Shown here: piece after piece, positions 9,901 to 24,900 of the stretch | How positions within the stretch are numbered: position 1 is the stretch's first letter | Layout: the number at the start of each line of letters is the position of its first letter | Source of the DNA: an uncultured Clostridia bacterium | GTDB lineage: Bacteria; Bacillota; Clostridia; Christensenellales; Borkfalkiaceae | Reading direction: 5' to 3' | DNA: 31,256 nt | Assembly: GCA_945834965.1 (NCBI GenBank) | Contig: CAMAHZ010000001.1 | Coordinates: 1-31,256 of the forward strand | Program-made: the position numbers and the translations under genes | The notes under the pieces: model-generated | Databases searched by the model: none | Seen by the model: only the letters and a program-made list of their open reading frames with translations | What the model was told of the DNA's origin: nothing

Positions 9901-12900
9901 GGTTTACCATTCCGACGAATCTCCCGTCCATTACTTTACTGCGGACTCAGGCGACAACTACGTAATCGAGTCGCCTACGGGTGAAGCTGCACTCTACACG
10001 ATGGACAACTACAGCAACTGGCTGTTTGCCGTAAACGAAAGCGTTGCAACGGGCTACGAAAGAACGGTTATGCTCGTTTCCGACTGGGAAGCGCCCGAAG
10101 GTATGTTCGGTAAGTCCGCGTCGGACAACCTTGCGTTCCATAACGGCGGCGCGCTCAGAGTTCCTGGCGGCGCTAAGATTATACTCGACTTACACGGCTA
10201 TAAGCTCGACAGAAATCTTGAATTCTACGAAGATTACGGCTACGTTATCTACGTAGACGGTAAGTTGACCGTAAGAGATACGTACGACGGCGACGACAGA
10301 TACGGCAGTATCACCGGCGGTAAGAATAAGCTGTCCGATAGTTACGCATATTACTCCGGCGGCGGTATCAACGTGTGTGGCGGTAATCTCTTTATGGAAG
10401 GCGGCGTCGTAGAAGGTAACTCTTCAATGGGCAGGTCGGATTACTCAACAGGCGGTCTTTACGTCAGCGGTAGCAACGCTCATATCTATATGACGGGCGG
10501 TATCGTAAGGAATAACTACGGCGAATATGCAGGCGGTATAAACGTACCTAATGCAAGCTCGGTATATCTCGGCGGAAGTGCGCAGGTTTATAACAACAGG
10601 CTTAACACGTCTAAGCAGGTTGATATAAGACCTATCAGCGATTCGATAGGTAATAAGGTACAAATTTACTCAGCCTTCACAAGCGATGCGAATATAGGCG
10701 TTTCTTATATAGGTAATAACTATTTTGCCAACCTTTCGCAGAACATCTTTACTACTAATTTCAACAACTTGAATCCGGGTGTGGACCCTTCAACGGTGTT
10801 CCACTATGCGGACCCTTTGGCATACAAAGTTATTTCTCTTCCTTCAGCAAATAATACGGGGCTTGAGGCGGCAGTTGAATGTATCGACAACGAACAAAAC
10901 TGGCGTCAGGCTGTTGCTGCAAGTACGGCTACGGTTAAAAAGACCGTAACCTTAACCCGCGACTGGGTTGCTTACGACTATGAAACTTTTAAAACCGCGT
11001 TCGGCGTAGACGGCAGCGCGTACTCTTACGGTGCAATTTATCTGCCTACGAATAAGAGCATCATTCTCGATTTAAACGGCTATACTATCGACCGTAACCT
11101 TACTTCTAAGGACGCAAGGACCAACGGTATGGTATTCCTTGTTAACGGCAACTTGGAAATAACCGACTCGTCAAGCTCGCAATCGGGCAAAATTACCGGC
11201 GGTAACAGTACGGATACGGCAGGCGGCATTAAGTATACCAACTCAAGCGGTTCAAATGGTTCCTTAAAGCTTACCGGCGGCACCATAACGGGCAACGTCG
11301 GTACGCAAGGCGGCGTAGAAGTCTGCTGGACAAGCAACGTTGCGGCACCTTTGTATATGGGCGGTTCGGCTCTCGTTACGGGCAATAAGGATATCAAGAA
11401 TCATGATTCCGATATTTACGGTACGAGTGCTGTACAGATGATTGAAATCGTATCGCCCTTGACGGCGGCTGGCAAGACGGGCTTCCAAAGACCCGGCGTC
11501 GGCGATTTCTCAATCAATTTCGTAAAATATATGCGCAGTGCAGACCCTGCCGAGTACTTTACGAGTACCGACCCGATGTACGTATATAAATATGAAACGG
11601 GTGAAGCGGGTCTATATACCAACGACAACGCAATGAACTGGGAATACGCAATCAGGGCGAGCGTCGAAGGTAATAAAAAGCAAATCATATTCAAACTCGT
11701 CAGCGACTGGACGGCGGAAAGCGGTATGTTCGGTACGGACAGCAATAATACTGCTTACACGAACGACAACGGCGACGGCAAGGGCGGTCTTAATATTCCT
11801 GCAAATGCGGATATAATCGTCGACCTTAACGGCTACACCCTTGACAGGGGACTTGACGCGGCTATTTCGGAAGGTTACATATTCAGAATATACGGCTTCC
11901 TTACGGTACGCGATACTTCTAAGGAAGGCAACGGTATTATAACCGGCGGTTTCAACAGTTATAACAGTAACCAATACGCAGCACAGTCGTCGGTATTCTA
12001 CGTGCACAGCGGCGCTAAGCTCAATATCGAAGGCGGTACTATAACCGGCAACCACGCAACGGGTGCAGTTAGTTCGGTAATAACCACTAACTATGCAAAC
12101 GCCCCTATAACCATTACGGGCGGTAAGATAATGGGCAACTACGGCGGCGACCTTAACAGCGATAACGGTGCAGGCGCAATATTCGTAAGACATTCGAATA
12201 CCGTCAACCTTGGCGGCAGCCCTATCATTCTCGATAACAAGCACAACAGGGGCTACGACTGCGACGTTCGTTTTGAAAATACGGGCATATACGTTCAGAT
12301 AATAGGCTCGTTTACGAGTAAGGCAAAAATCGGCGTTGCACCCAACACGCAGGTAAACAACTGGGCAACGACTACGGGCGGCGTTCAGTTTACTTACAAC
12401 TATTCAAGCCACCACGCAGCGGCAGATTATCCCGACCGTTACTTTGTCGGCAGGTGGATGCAGAGCCACAGCATTACCAGAGTAACGACAACTTCAGGAG
12501 CAGAAGGTGCATTCTGGTGTACTGAAAACTACACCAACTGGATTAACGCGGTCAACGCAAGCTCTATGGCAAAGCCCATCAAGTTCGAGCTTTCGGAAGA
12601 CTGGATTGCAGACCCCCATCTTACTTATACGACGTCATTCCACCCGACGGATACTTCATGCTATACGTACGGTACTATAAACTTGCCTGCAAACAGAAGT
12701 ATCGTCCTTGACTTAAAGGGTTATACGATTGACAGAAACCTTGTAAACGCAACCGATAACGGCTACGTTATCAACGTTCTGGGCAGGTTGGAAATAATCG
12801 ACTCTTCCAACAAGCATACGGGCGTAATAACGGGCGGCTACAATACTTTGGGCGGCGGCGGTATAGTCGTTCAAAGCGGCGGTACGCTCTGCATAAAGGG

Positions 12901-15900
12901 CGGCACGATTACGGGTAACACGGGCAAGATAGACGGTTCCGGCGTCTATATAATGGATAACGGCCACGTCGAAATCGGCGGCTACGCACAGGTTAACGAT
13001 AACTATAACGCAGACGGTGCGGACAGCAACGTGTATCTGAACAAAGCAGACGAAAAGATTAAAATCGTCAGCGATTTGTTCGGTAAAGAGCTTATAGGCG
13101 TAAGCAGACCTAGCAACGGTTACGTAACCGAAGGCTTCCAGGAAAATATGTACGGCTATTCGCCCCTTGACTATTTCGTATCCGAACATAAGAATTATTA
13201 CGGAATAGAGAGCGGCGACGGCGAATTATTCTTCCTTTCGCCCGATAATAACACCAACTGGCAGTATGCCGTTGCGGAAAGCTTAAGGACGGGTAAGACG
13301 CAGACCGTACGCCTTACCGAGGACTGGTTTGCAAGTGAAGACAGCACTTATACGACCGTATTCGGAACGGGTACCGGTTACTATAATGGTGCGCTCTACG
13401 TGCCTGCAGGCGCTTATATAGAGCTTGATTTGGCAGGTTATACCGTAAATCGAAATCTTAACAAACCGGTAAGATACGGTTCCGTAATGACCGTGTTAGG
13501 CAGCTTGAGCGTCGTTGACTCGTCCGAAGAAGGTACGGGTACGATTACGGGCGGCTCACTCTTACAGGTAGATACTCACTTCCAGGCGGCAGGCGTACAC
13601 GTTGGTTCTAAAGCAAGGTTCGAGTTGCTCGGCGGTACAATCGGTGCCGTCGTGGACGAAGAATCGTCTGGAGATTTCGTAATAAACCGTGAAAGCACGA
13701 ACGGTGCAACCAACGTTGCAAGCGGCGTATACGTCGTCAATTCCGGTACTTTCGTACTTAAAAACGCAAAGGTCGTTGGTAACGTCAGCGGTAATGCAGG
13801 CGTTTATCTTGAAAACGGCGCAATATTCACCGTAGGCGGCGACGCCGTGGTCGAGAATAACGCTAATAGCGCAGGGCAGAATAAAGATATAGTTTTCAAC
13901 AACTATACCAGCGTTATAAACGTCGATTCTAAGCTTACGAGCGGCGCACACTTAGGCGTCTACAGAACGGTAAATAACTACGATACGCGCAGCTTCGGCG
14001 GCAGCGTTATAACCAGCAGCTTCGGTCGTTATAATACCGACGCGGTTACGAATTACTTCTTCTCGTCCGACCCTACGCACGGCATAATCGAATACACCGG
14101 CGTCGGTTCAAGAGAAGCGGCTTTGTTCTGCTACGATAACGCAACCAACTGGAAGAATGCAACGAATGCAAGCTATAGCACCAGAACAGAAATGACCGTT
14201 AAGCTGTACAGCAACTGGACGGCTGACGAAGATAACGTCAACACGACTTTCGGTACGGACGGCGTTGCATACTATTACGGTGCGCTCAGGGTTTACCCTA
14301 ACGTTCAAATCGTACTCGATTTAAACAACTATATGCTTGACCGCGGTCTTACCGCATTAAACGTTCAGTCAACGAATAATACGGGCTACGTTATCTACGT
14401 GGACGGCGGCGGTTCCTTGACTATAACCGATACCTCGCTCGGCGGCGCAGGCTTGATTACCGGCGGTTTCAACACCGGCGACAATATCGACGCTGCAAAC
14501 TTTGCAAGCGGCGTTCACGTATGTTCCGGCGGTAAGCTTACAATGGACGGCGGTAATATCGAAGGTAACAAGGGCGTGGGCTTATACCTTGCCGGCAACA
14601 ACTTATTCTCGCTCGGCGGCAAGTCAAGCGTAATAAACAATAAGTTCAGGGCAGGCGCGTCTGCTAACATCTTCTTAAACGACGTAACGCAGCTTATAAA
14701 CGTTGTATCTGAGTTTGATGAAAACTCAAGGTTCGGCGTTATAAGGACCAAGGGTAGCACCAACTTCGGTTCGGGTACGTTAACTAAAAACTACAGCAGG
14801 TATAACAAGTCTGTAGAGCCTTCAACATACTTCGTGTCCGACAACGATAAGTACAACGTCATCGACGAAGGTTTCTTCGACGACGAGAGTATGGAAGCGG
14901 CGTTGATAGGTAAGGACAACTATACCAACTGGGCGTACGCCGTAAAGACCAGTCTTGCAAACGGCGGCAGAGCTCAGGTCTGCACGCTCTTCGAAGACTG
15001 GACGGCGGAACAGCACAAAGACTTTACAACAACGTTCGACAGCGCTAATTCAGGCGTAGCGGGCTTCTATCGCGGTGCGTTGTACGTACCTGCTGGCTGT
15101 CACGTCATTCTCGACTTAAACGGCTATACAATCGACCGTGCATTGACGGCAGCTCAAGCCGACGGTCAGGTTATCTGGATTAGGAGCGGTACTCTCGTCA
15201 TAAGGGACAGCAGTGCCGAGCAGACGGGTAAGATAATCGGCGGTTACAGCAACGGTACAAGCAATTACGGCTACGGCAGCGGCGCTGCAGGCGGTATTGC
15301 CGTATACACCGGTACGCTTTCAATCGAAGGCGGTACTATAACCGGCAACAAGATGTCGCACAGCACCGCATATGCAGGCGGCGTATACCTAAGCGGCGGT
15401 TCTACGTTCAATATGACGGGCGGTAAGATAACCGAAAACTACGGTGCGTTTACGGGCGGCGTATGCGCATACGACAACGCAACGGTAAACTTCGGCGGTT
15501 CGCCTTATATAAGCGGCAATAACCTTATCAACGAATTCGGCGCAACGCTTGATACCGAGCGTAACCTTTACTTCACCAGCGATACCAACCTTATCGCAAT
15601 AAGCAATTTTATAAACGATGATGCAAAGGTCGGCATATCCGTCAATCCTTACTCGATTTCTGCAAACGGCAGGTTCATAACCAGCGGTTGGCAGGATTTG
15701 AACAACGATAAAAAGGTAACCGACGTATTCTATTCGGATAGCGTAAAGCAGTACGCTCTCAGCGATTATAATCAGGACGACAGACACGACGGTATGTTAT
15801 TCTGCCGCGACAATCAGGTCAACTGGCAAAAGACCGTTCAGGCGAGCATAAACGAAGGCAAGCAAAAGACCTTCGTATTGTACGAAAACTGGAAGGCGTC

Positions 15901-18900
15901 GCCGAGCGGTTCCGTAACATCTTTCGGTTCTGGTACGGGTTATTACGGCGGTGCGTTATGCGTTCCCAGTAACGCGTCAATAATCCTTGACCTTAACGGA
16001 CATACCATCGACAGGGGGCTTTACGACCATGCGACCTATTACGATTACGGTTGGGTTATTTTCGTTCAGGGTGCGTTAAAGGTAATCGACAGTACTGCCA
16101 AGTATGATAAGAACGGCAATATCGTTCAGGGTATCATTAAGGGCGGTTACGTTTACGACGGCGGCGCTATCCATCAGGATTGGTATGGTTCGGTTGACGT
16201 AGAAGCAGGTTTCTTTACAGAAAATAAAGCTATCAGACACGGCGGTGCGATATTCGTTTACAGAAGTTACGTAAATAATTCCGTTGGCGTAACTATAGGC
16301 GGTACGGCATTGTTTGATAAGAACTATCGCGTATCGGGCAACGATATGTATAGGGACGATATCGGTTTCTATTACAGCGACCATATCTTAAAAATCGGTT
16401 CCGAAATGTCTACGGGCGCAATCGAAGACAGAAACAGCATTTACGTAAGAAGGGATAGAATAGGTACGTTTACTTCGGGTTGGGGTAAATACAATCCTAC
16501 CGTCAAGCCTGAAATGCGTTTCAAGTCGGCGATTAGCACCTATAGAATAGGCTCTTCGGGCGCAGGTGCGCTTAAAGAAGCGACGATGCTCTCTAACAAC
16601 AATAACGATAACTGGGTATTTGCCATCAACAACAGCAGAAGCGCAAGCGGCGCACCCGAGCTGTTTACGCTTATTAGCGACTGGACGGCGGACAACTACA
16701 ACGTCGGTTCGTACAATACCCGTTTCGGTTCGGACGGTAACGCATACCGCAACGGTGCGTTGTTAGTACCTGCCGACGCAAACATAGTGCTTGATTTGAA
16801 CGGTTTCACGCTTGATAGAAATCACGCGCTCAACTTAGACTCACAGTATTCGATTTACAATGCGGTTATTATAGTCGAAGGTACTTTGCAGATAATCGAT
16901 TCGTCGGTTACAAACCAAGGTACGATAAAGGGCGGTAGCTACGGCGTATTCTTGAACAGCGCAAAGGCAAGCGTAACGATAGGTGGACTTCTTATTACCG
17001 AAGACACGGTACTTACGGGTAACGAAGTCAATATATACGGCAACGATAAGTACGGCGGCAACATAAGCGGTAACTCGTTATACGGCGTATACGTAAACGG
17101 CGGTACGTTTACTGCAACGGGCGGTAAGGTTACGGGCAACACCGCTTCCGACGTATTCGTTTCAAAGACGAATTCAACCATCAACGTCGGTGAAAACGCG
17201 TATATCTACACCGAAAACAGAAAGGTGGGTTCAGGCTTAAGGCTTGAAAGCTCCCTTGCAATGATTAACATTATATCTACTCTGTCCGAAGACGCTAAGA
17301 TAGGCTATATGAGGCAGGGCGTAGGCAGACTTACGAACGGTTGGGGCTTATATAACGGCAACGATACCGACCCGTTTGAGACGGTATTCGTATCGGAAGA
17401 ACCCGACAAGTATAAGTCGTATACCGATATGTTCGACGATTATAAGGAAATAACCGTATCGAGCTACGACAACGGCATCAACTGGCAGTTTGCGGTGGAT
17501 AAGAGCTTGGCAACGGGCGAAGCGCAGCAGTTCATACTCTACGAGTGCTGGACGGCGGCGGAACACGAAACTTACACGACTGCTTTCGGTACGGGTACTG
17601 CATATCGTAACGGTGCGCTGTACGTGCCTGAAGGTGCAAACGTAGTACTCAACCTTAACGGACATAAGCTCAACAGAAATCTTACCAGCGCTATTCAGAA
17701 CGGTATGGTAATATTCGTTGAAGGTACGCTTACGATAATAGACGACCAAAGCGTCTCCGACTATAACGCAGAATGTTGCGAATTAGTAGACGGCAAGCGT
17801 CCCGAAGGACAGATAACCGGCGGTAATAATTCCACGGGTTCGTCTGCTGCGGCTATTTACGTAGGGCAGACGGGTAGCTTAACGCTTGCTGCTGGTCAGA
17901 TAGTCGGCAATAAGGCGACGAGCGAATCTTCCAGCTCCGGCGCGATATTCACCGCAGGTACGTTCGAAATGAGTGGCGGCGCAATAAGCGGCAACAGCGG
18001 CTACGGCGCAGGTGCGGTTTACGTATCCAACAGCGGTACGTTCAACTTCAGCAGCGGCGTTATAACCGAAAACAAAGCTGAATCGGGCGGCGGTGCCGTA
18101 TACACGTCGGGCAAGATGAATATGACCGGCGGTTCAATCGACAGCAACCAAGGTCTTATAGGCGGCGTGTACGTTGCAAGCGGCGGTCAGCTCACTATGG
18201 AAGACAACGCTTATATTACGAATAATATCGGTTCAAGTGCCGGTGCGGTATTCGTAAACAACGGCAGTACAACCTTCTTCAAGATGAACGGCGGTTGCAT
18301 AAACGACAACTCTGCGGTCAGCGCAGGTGCGGTTTATGCGGCAGGCGTCGTTGAAATAAGCGGCGGCGAAATAAAGGGCAATACCGCAAGCGGTACAACT
18401 CTTAACGACGGCGGCGGCGCAATCTACGTATCCGGCACGGGTAACGTGACGGTAACGGGCGGCGAAATAACGGGCAACACCGGTGAAAACGGTATCCGTG
18501 TTCACGCATCAGGTACGATAGGCGTCGGCGGCAGCGCACGAATCTACGAAAATATTGCAAGAAATAAGACCAACGTAGGCGGTGCAGACGTCGAAGCAAA
18601 CGACTACTGCGATATTTACTTAACCGTCGGCACGAGAATGGTCAACGTCGTTTCCGAATTTAACGACGACGCAAAGGTGGGCGTATACCGCCTTGGCGCA
18701 GGTACGTTCACGAGCGGCTACGGTATGTACAACGCAGATATGCCTGCTAAGTACTTCGTATCCAACAGAAGTATCTACTCCGTATCTCTTTCCGTTGCGG
18801 ACGACGCAACCGACTGTGAAGCGTCGGTAGGCGTTGCGGTCGACCCCGAACCCCACGCGTTCGACACGCCTTACGAATACAGCGGCGACTGGGAAAACAT

Positions 18901-21900
18901 TATCGTCGACATAGATACTGATATGGTCAATATCGGTACGTTGGACGAAGGCGTAAGAGTATACGAAAACCCTATTACAGGCGCTATATCAATACAGGCG
19001 GTCAACGCAGGTACGTACGCCGTATCGTTCACGCTTAAGGATAACCATTGCTGGCTCGACGGCACGGTAACCGAAAAGATTATTATCGGTAAGATTGCAC
19101 CCAAGACGGTAGTGCTTGAATGGGAACCTGAATTACACGACGGCGAAAGCTGCGTCTACGACGGAGTTACCACTCACGGTCCCGTTGTAAAGGTTGCAGA
19201 TTCAAGCTTATGCACGAACGTCTTAACGGGTGAACTCGATACCTGTGAAGTTGCCGTTTCAGGCAGACAGATAACGGCAAGCCCCGCAGGCGGACACACC
19301 GCAACGGCGGTCGGCTTAAGTAACGTTAACTATAAGCTCGGCGTTGTCGGCAACGAATACAAATACGTAGTCGAAAAGGCAGAGCGTCCTCAGTTCCAGA
19401 TTGTTTCCTACGAAGCATTCTATAAGACTCCTACCGAAATGGTAGTAGAAGGCAACCTTGAAAACGGTGCGGTAACGTTCTCGTTGGACGAAGCAAGTCA
19501 GGCGTATGCAACCGTAGACCCTGCAACGGGCGAGCTTACTATCAACAAATATTCAAAGACGGTCGATACGTACGCGACGTTGATTGCCGTTGCGGCAGAG
19601 ACGGCTAACTATAAAGAATCTACTGCAACCAAGCAAATTCTCTGCGTTCCCGGCGAGCTTAAGACAGTCATATCCCCCGTTGAGATGGTTTATGGCGATA
19701 CGGCAACGCTTGAGCTTGAAAATTATGACTCAAGCGAAATGGGTGCCGTCACGTGGTCGATATCCAACGGCGACGACGGCGGCAGGGCAAGTATGTCCGG
19801 CAACCAGATAACCGCACTCAATATCGGTACGATTAACGTCACGGCACAGGTTGCGGCGTCAAGCTTCTATAAGGCTTCGACCATAAAGGGTACGATTACC
19901 ATTAAGCGCAGACCTATAACTATAGACTGGGGCGAATCGCTGTCCGTTGAATACACGGGCGAACCCCAGACTCTTGCAACTCCTTCTTACGAAGGCGTGC
20001 TTACCAACGATACGGCTATGTTCAGGCTCAACGTCTATAAGGCAGGCTACGCAGGTTGGGAAGAAGCGAAAGTTGCACCCACTTGGACGAATGCAGGTAA
20101 GTACGACGTAGGCGTATTGCCTTCCAACAGCAATTACGAATTAGCGAACGCAGAAGATTGCTTCCGCATATTCGAAATCAGGAAGGCTGTGCTCAACTTA
20201 AGGTTTACGTCCGATACGGCTTATTACGATACGCCTTTCTACCCCGAAGTTGAAGGTAACGTCGGCGGCGGCGTTCTTACGATAAGCCTTACGGGTTATT
20301 CCGAAGAGTTTAATGCAGAAGGCACGTACAAATACGACGCCGCTAATAAGCTCTATACTGCTTGGGCTCTCGGTACGTTGAAGTTCACCGCAAACGTAAA
20401 GGCGACGGACAACTACGAATCCGCGTCGCTCACAGGTTCGTATAAAATAATCAAAGCTGAAATGCCGTTAAAAGTAGAGCCGTTAACTCTCACTTACGGC
20501 GACAGCAAAGTGCAGCTTACGGCGCACTACTTCGAGCCCAGCGGCGAAAAGGTTGACGTAACCGATAAGGTCACGTTCGAGCTTATCGAAGGTGCAGACC
20601 TTGCAGACTTAGCCACCGAAAACGGCTTGTACCTTGTAAACGCTAACGGCGCAGGTACTATCAAGGTTAAGGCTTATACCACCGAAGCGATAGGCAACTA
20701 CGTTCCTACCGAAATCGAAGTCGAAATTGAAATTAAGCCTAAAGAGATAGGCAACGTCGGCGGCGGAAACCCCGACGACCCTGACGACCCCAGCGGCGGA
20801 GGCGGAGGCGGTACAGAAATTGACCCCGGCGATAACCCGAGTGTTGCAATTCCGAGAGTTAAGTGGACGTATGCGGACAAGTATATCTATAACGGCGATA
20901 TACAGCAGCCTGAAGCTACGCTTATGGGCGCAACCGATATCTGTTCGATAGTCGGTATAGAAACCTATACCTTGGACGGCGTTAAGGTCGACGCAATAGG
21001 CGTTGGAACGTACAAGGTCAGAGTATTGTTAGACAATCCTAATTTCATATTAGGAGAAAGCTCTTACGGCGAGTTTACAATCGAACCTTTACCCGTAGTA
21101 CTCACTTGGGCGGATACGGAATTCGTATATAACGCTCAGGAACAGGCTCCTACGGCAACCGTATCTAACATAAAGGGCGACGACGTATGTAACGTAACCG
21201 TACTCGGCACCAAGAACGCAGGCGACAACCTTAATGCGGTAGCTACGGGCTTAGACAACCCCAACTATACCTTGGTTGACGGTGAAAATCTTACGACCGT
21301 ATTCTTCATCGACCCTTACGAAATAGAAGTCGAATGGGGCGAGACCGAGCTCGTATATACGGGCTTAGCACAGGCGCCTACGGCAAAGGCGACGGGTTTG
21401 TTTGACGGCGATAGCTGTTCCGTAATTATTACGGGCGCTGAAATCAACGTGAACGACCCTGCCGACCCTTACCTTGCAACGGCAACGGGCTTAACGAACA
21501 GTAACTATACGCTCGGCGATAAAAAGCCTGCAACGCAGTATAATATCAACTCTGCAGACCTTATTATCGAATTCAAGCAGACGGAAGTCGTATACGGTTC
21601 GCCGTTCACGCTTGAAGTTACCGGCAACAAGAGCGGTGCAAAGGTTACCTTCACCTTGGGCGACGGCGCTGAAAAAGCAACGCTTGGTTCGGGCAACTGG
21701 TTCACGCCTGTAGACGTAGGACAAGTTACCGTTACTGCAAGCATTGCCGCAACGGGTAACTACAACGCGGCGGAAGTAACACAAGTTATCACCATTTCAC
21801 CCCGTCCTATAGAAATTCTTTGGTCCGACCTTGAGTTTACTTACGACGGAGAAGAACATAACGCAACCGCGGCTGTAGATAACGCAGTAAACGGCGATTT

Positions 21901-24900
21901 GATTAACTTAACGCTGTCGGCAGCTCAAATCAACGCAGGCGAATATACTGCACAGGTTCTTGGGCTTGACAACAAAAAGTACACCTTAGAAGGCGGCAAA
22001 GACCTTTATGTAGGTTTCACCATCAAAAAGCGCTTAGTAACCGTTGAATGGGATAACCTTGAGTTCATCTATAACGGCAAAGAGCAGACTCCTACGGCAA
22101 CTATCGGAAACCTTATAGGCGACGACGAATGTAGCGCTATAGTAAGGGGCGCGGTAGATGCGGCAAACAGGCATCTTGCCGAAATCGTAACGCTTTCCAA
22201 CCCCAACTATACGGTTGAAGGCTCCGACGACGCAACGGTAAGGTTTAACATTAAGCCTAAGCTTGTAATGCTTGAGTGGAGTAATACGACGCTCACCTAC
22301 GACGGTACCGAGCAGAAACCTACCGCTACGGTTACCAACCTGTGCGAAGGCGACGACTGCGACGTATTAGTATCCGGTGCTCAGACCAACGTCGGTACGT
22401 ATACGGCAACTGCGACGGGCTTAAGCGATACCAACTACACGTTGATATTCGACGAAGACGAAGTGGCGGAAGCGGATAGACCTGAAATCGAAAAAGAATT
22501 CGAAATAGTAAAGGCGGATATAACGGTTGTACTTACGAATTCGGAAGTGGTATTCGGTTCGCAGATAACCTTATCGCTCTTATCGAATCCTGAAAACGGC
22601 GAAGTTACTTACGTTGCCGAAGACGGTACGGGTTCGGCTGAAATAACCGGCCAGACCTTAAAGGGTACTAAGGCGGGCACCGTAAGCGTAACGGTAACCG
22701 TTGCCGATACGGATAACTATAACGGCGGCACGGAGACGTTCGAGATTACCGTACGCAAGTTGGCTGTGGCGATAGAGTGGACTCAGGAATCCGAGTTTAC
22801 CTATAACGGCGAAGTTCAAACGCCTACGCCTACTATTTCCAACGTGGTCGACGGTACGACGTGTAACATTACCGAAATCAAGGGCGAGTCGGATGCCGGC
22901 AACAGCAAGATTGCAAGCGTAGTTGCTATCGACAACGACAACTACACCCTTGAAGGCGGCACGAACATAATCAAGACTTACGTAATTAAGCCCCTTCCCG
23001 TATCTGGTATAGTCTGGGATGAAAAGAGAGACTATCCTTACAACGGCGAGCGTCAAGGTCCTAAGGCTACGGCAGAAGGAATACTTGAAGACGACGAGTG
23101 TGAAGTTTTAGTTTCAGGCTATAAGATTAACGCAGGCGAATATACTGCCGAAATAACGGGTCTTAGCAATTCCAACTACTCGTTGGACGGCATATCCAAC
23201 CTTACGGCAGACTATAAGATTCTCGTCTCTAAACCCACGATAACGATTACGACGACCGAAATCATACTCGGCACACGCGAACAGATTAAGATTTCCGGTA
23301 ACGTGGGCGGCGGCGACGTAACGTACGAACTTATAGAAGGTTCTGATTACGGCGAACTTTCGGGCGATACGCTCTACGGTAAGAGACTCGGCACCGTAAC
23401 AATCAGGGTAAGCGTAGGCGCAACGGCTAATACCGACGCCGCAACCGTTGAAGGCGATATTCAGATTATTAAGGGTAAAGCGCCCTTGAGCCTTGTAAAG
23501 ACGGTAGTAACTTACGGTTCAAATCTCACGCTCGTAGCAGACGACGACGGCGGCAATCTCCGCGACGGAGAAGGCAACTACTTATTCGGCGACGTAACCT
23601 ATACCATATTACCTATGTACGACGGTAAGATTGCGACCATCGAAGAAGGCAATATCCTTAGGCCTTTGTCAGCCGGCGACTTAATGCTTAAAATGAGCGT
23701 TGAAGAGAACGAATACTTCGACGCAACCGAAGAGCTTATCTCAATAACCGTCAAGGCTCGTGTGGTAACCCTTCTCTGGACGGTAGGCGAATATACCTAT
23801 AACGCTCAGGAACAGTCGCCCACGGCAGAAGTAACCAACCTTGTCGGCGACGACGAATGCTTAGTCAAGGTTTCTACGGGCAAGAACGCAGGCGATTACA
23901 CTTCTCGCGCGTTAGAGCTTTCTAACAGGAACTATACGCTTGAAAAGGCAGGCAACACCGAAGTTGCGTTCACCATTAATCCTTGCTTAATCACCCTTGA
24001 ATGGGGCGATACGGAGCTTGAGTATAACGGCGAAGAGCAGATACCCGACGTAACGCTTGTCGGACTGTATGAAAACGACGAGTGCGACGTCAATCTCGAA
24101 GTCGTAGAAGGCGAGCATTACAAGGTAGGCGACTACACGCTCAGGACGGACGGTTTGACTAACTCTAACTACTACTTAGAGAGCGATACCGAGCTTCCAT
24201 TCTCGATAGTTCGCGCGGATATCAATCCTAAGATAGAACCTAAGACCGTAACGTATAGTACGAGTGAAGAGCTCAGCATATTAGGCAACTTCGACGACGC
24301 GCCTTACACGATGGAAGTGCTCAAGCACGAAAGCGTCGGCGCAGGTACGTTAGAACTTGTAGAAGGCAAGTACGTATTTACCGCAACCAGAACGGGTACG
24401 GTAAAGATTAAGCTTGAAATCGAAGAGACTGATAACTGCAACGCATATTCAGGCGTACTCGAAATCGAAGTAACCAAGGCTGAAAGAGAAGTCGACCTTA
24501 TAACAATCGAAGGCGTATACGGCGAAGACCTTACGCTTGAAATCAGCGGCAACGAAGACGACGCCGGTACCGTTAAGTACTTAGTTACGGATGCGGAAAT
24601 GGCGTCTATAGAAGGCAACGTACTCACGCCTAAGCATGCAGGTACGGTTACGGTTACGATAATCGTAAGCGAAACTTCTAACTATAAGGACGAAATTCGC
24701 ACGGTTGCACAAATAAATATAAGCCCGAGAATCGTTGAAATCTCTTGGAAGGACACCGAATTTATCTACAACGGCAGCGAACAGGCGCCCGAAGCAGAAG
24801 TTTCTAATCTGTTAGAAGGCGACGAATGCGGCGTAACCGTCGTTGGCGGTAAGGTCAACGCAGGTACTTACAGCGACGCGAGAGTTTACGCTCTGGATAA

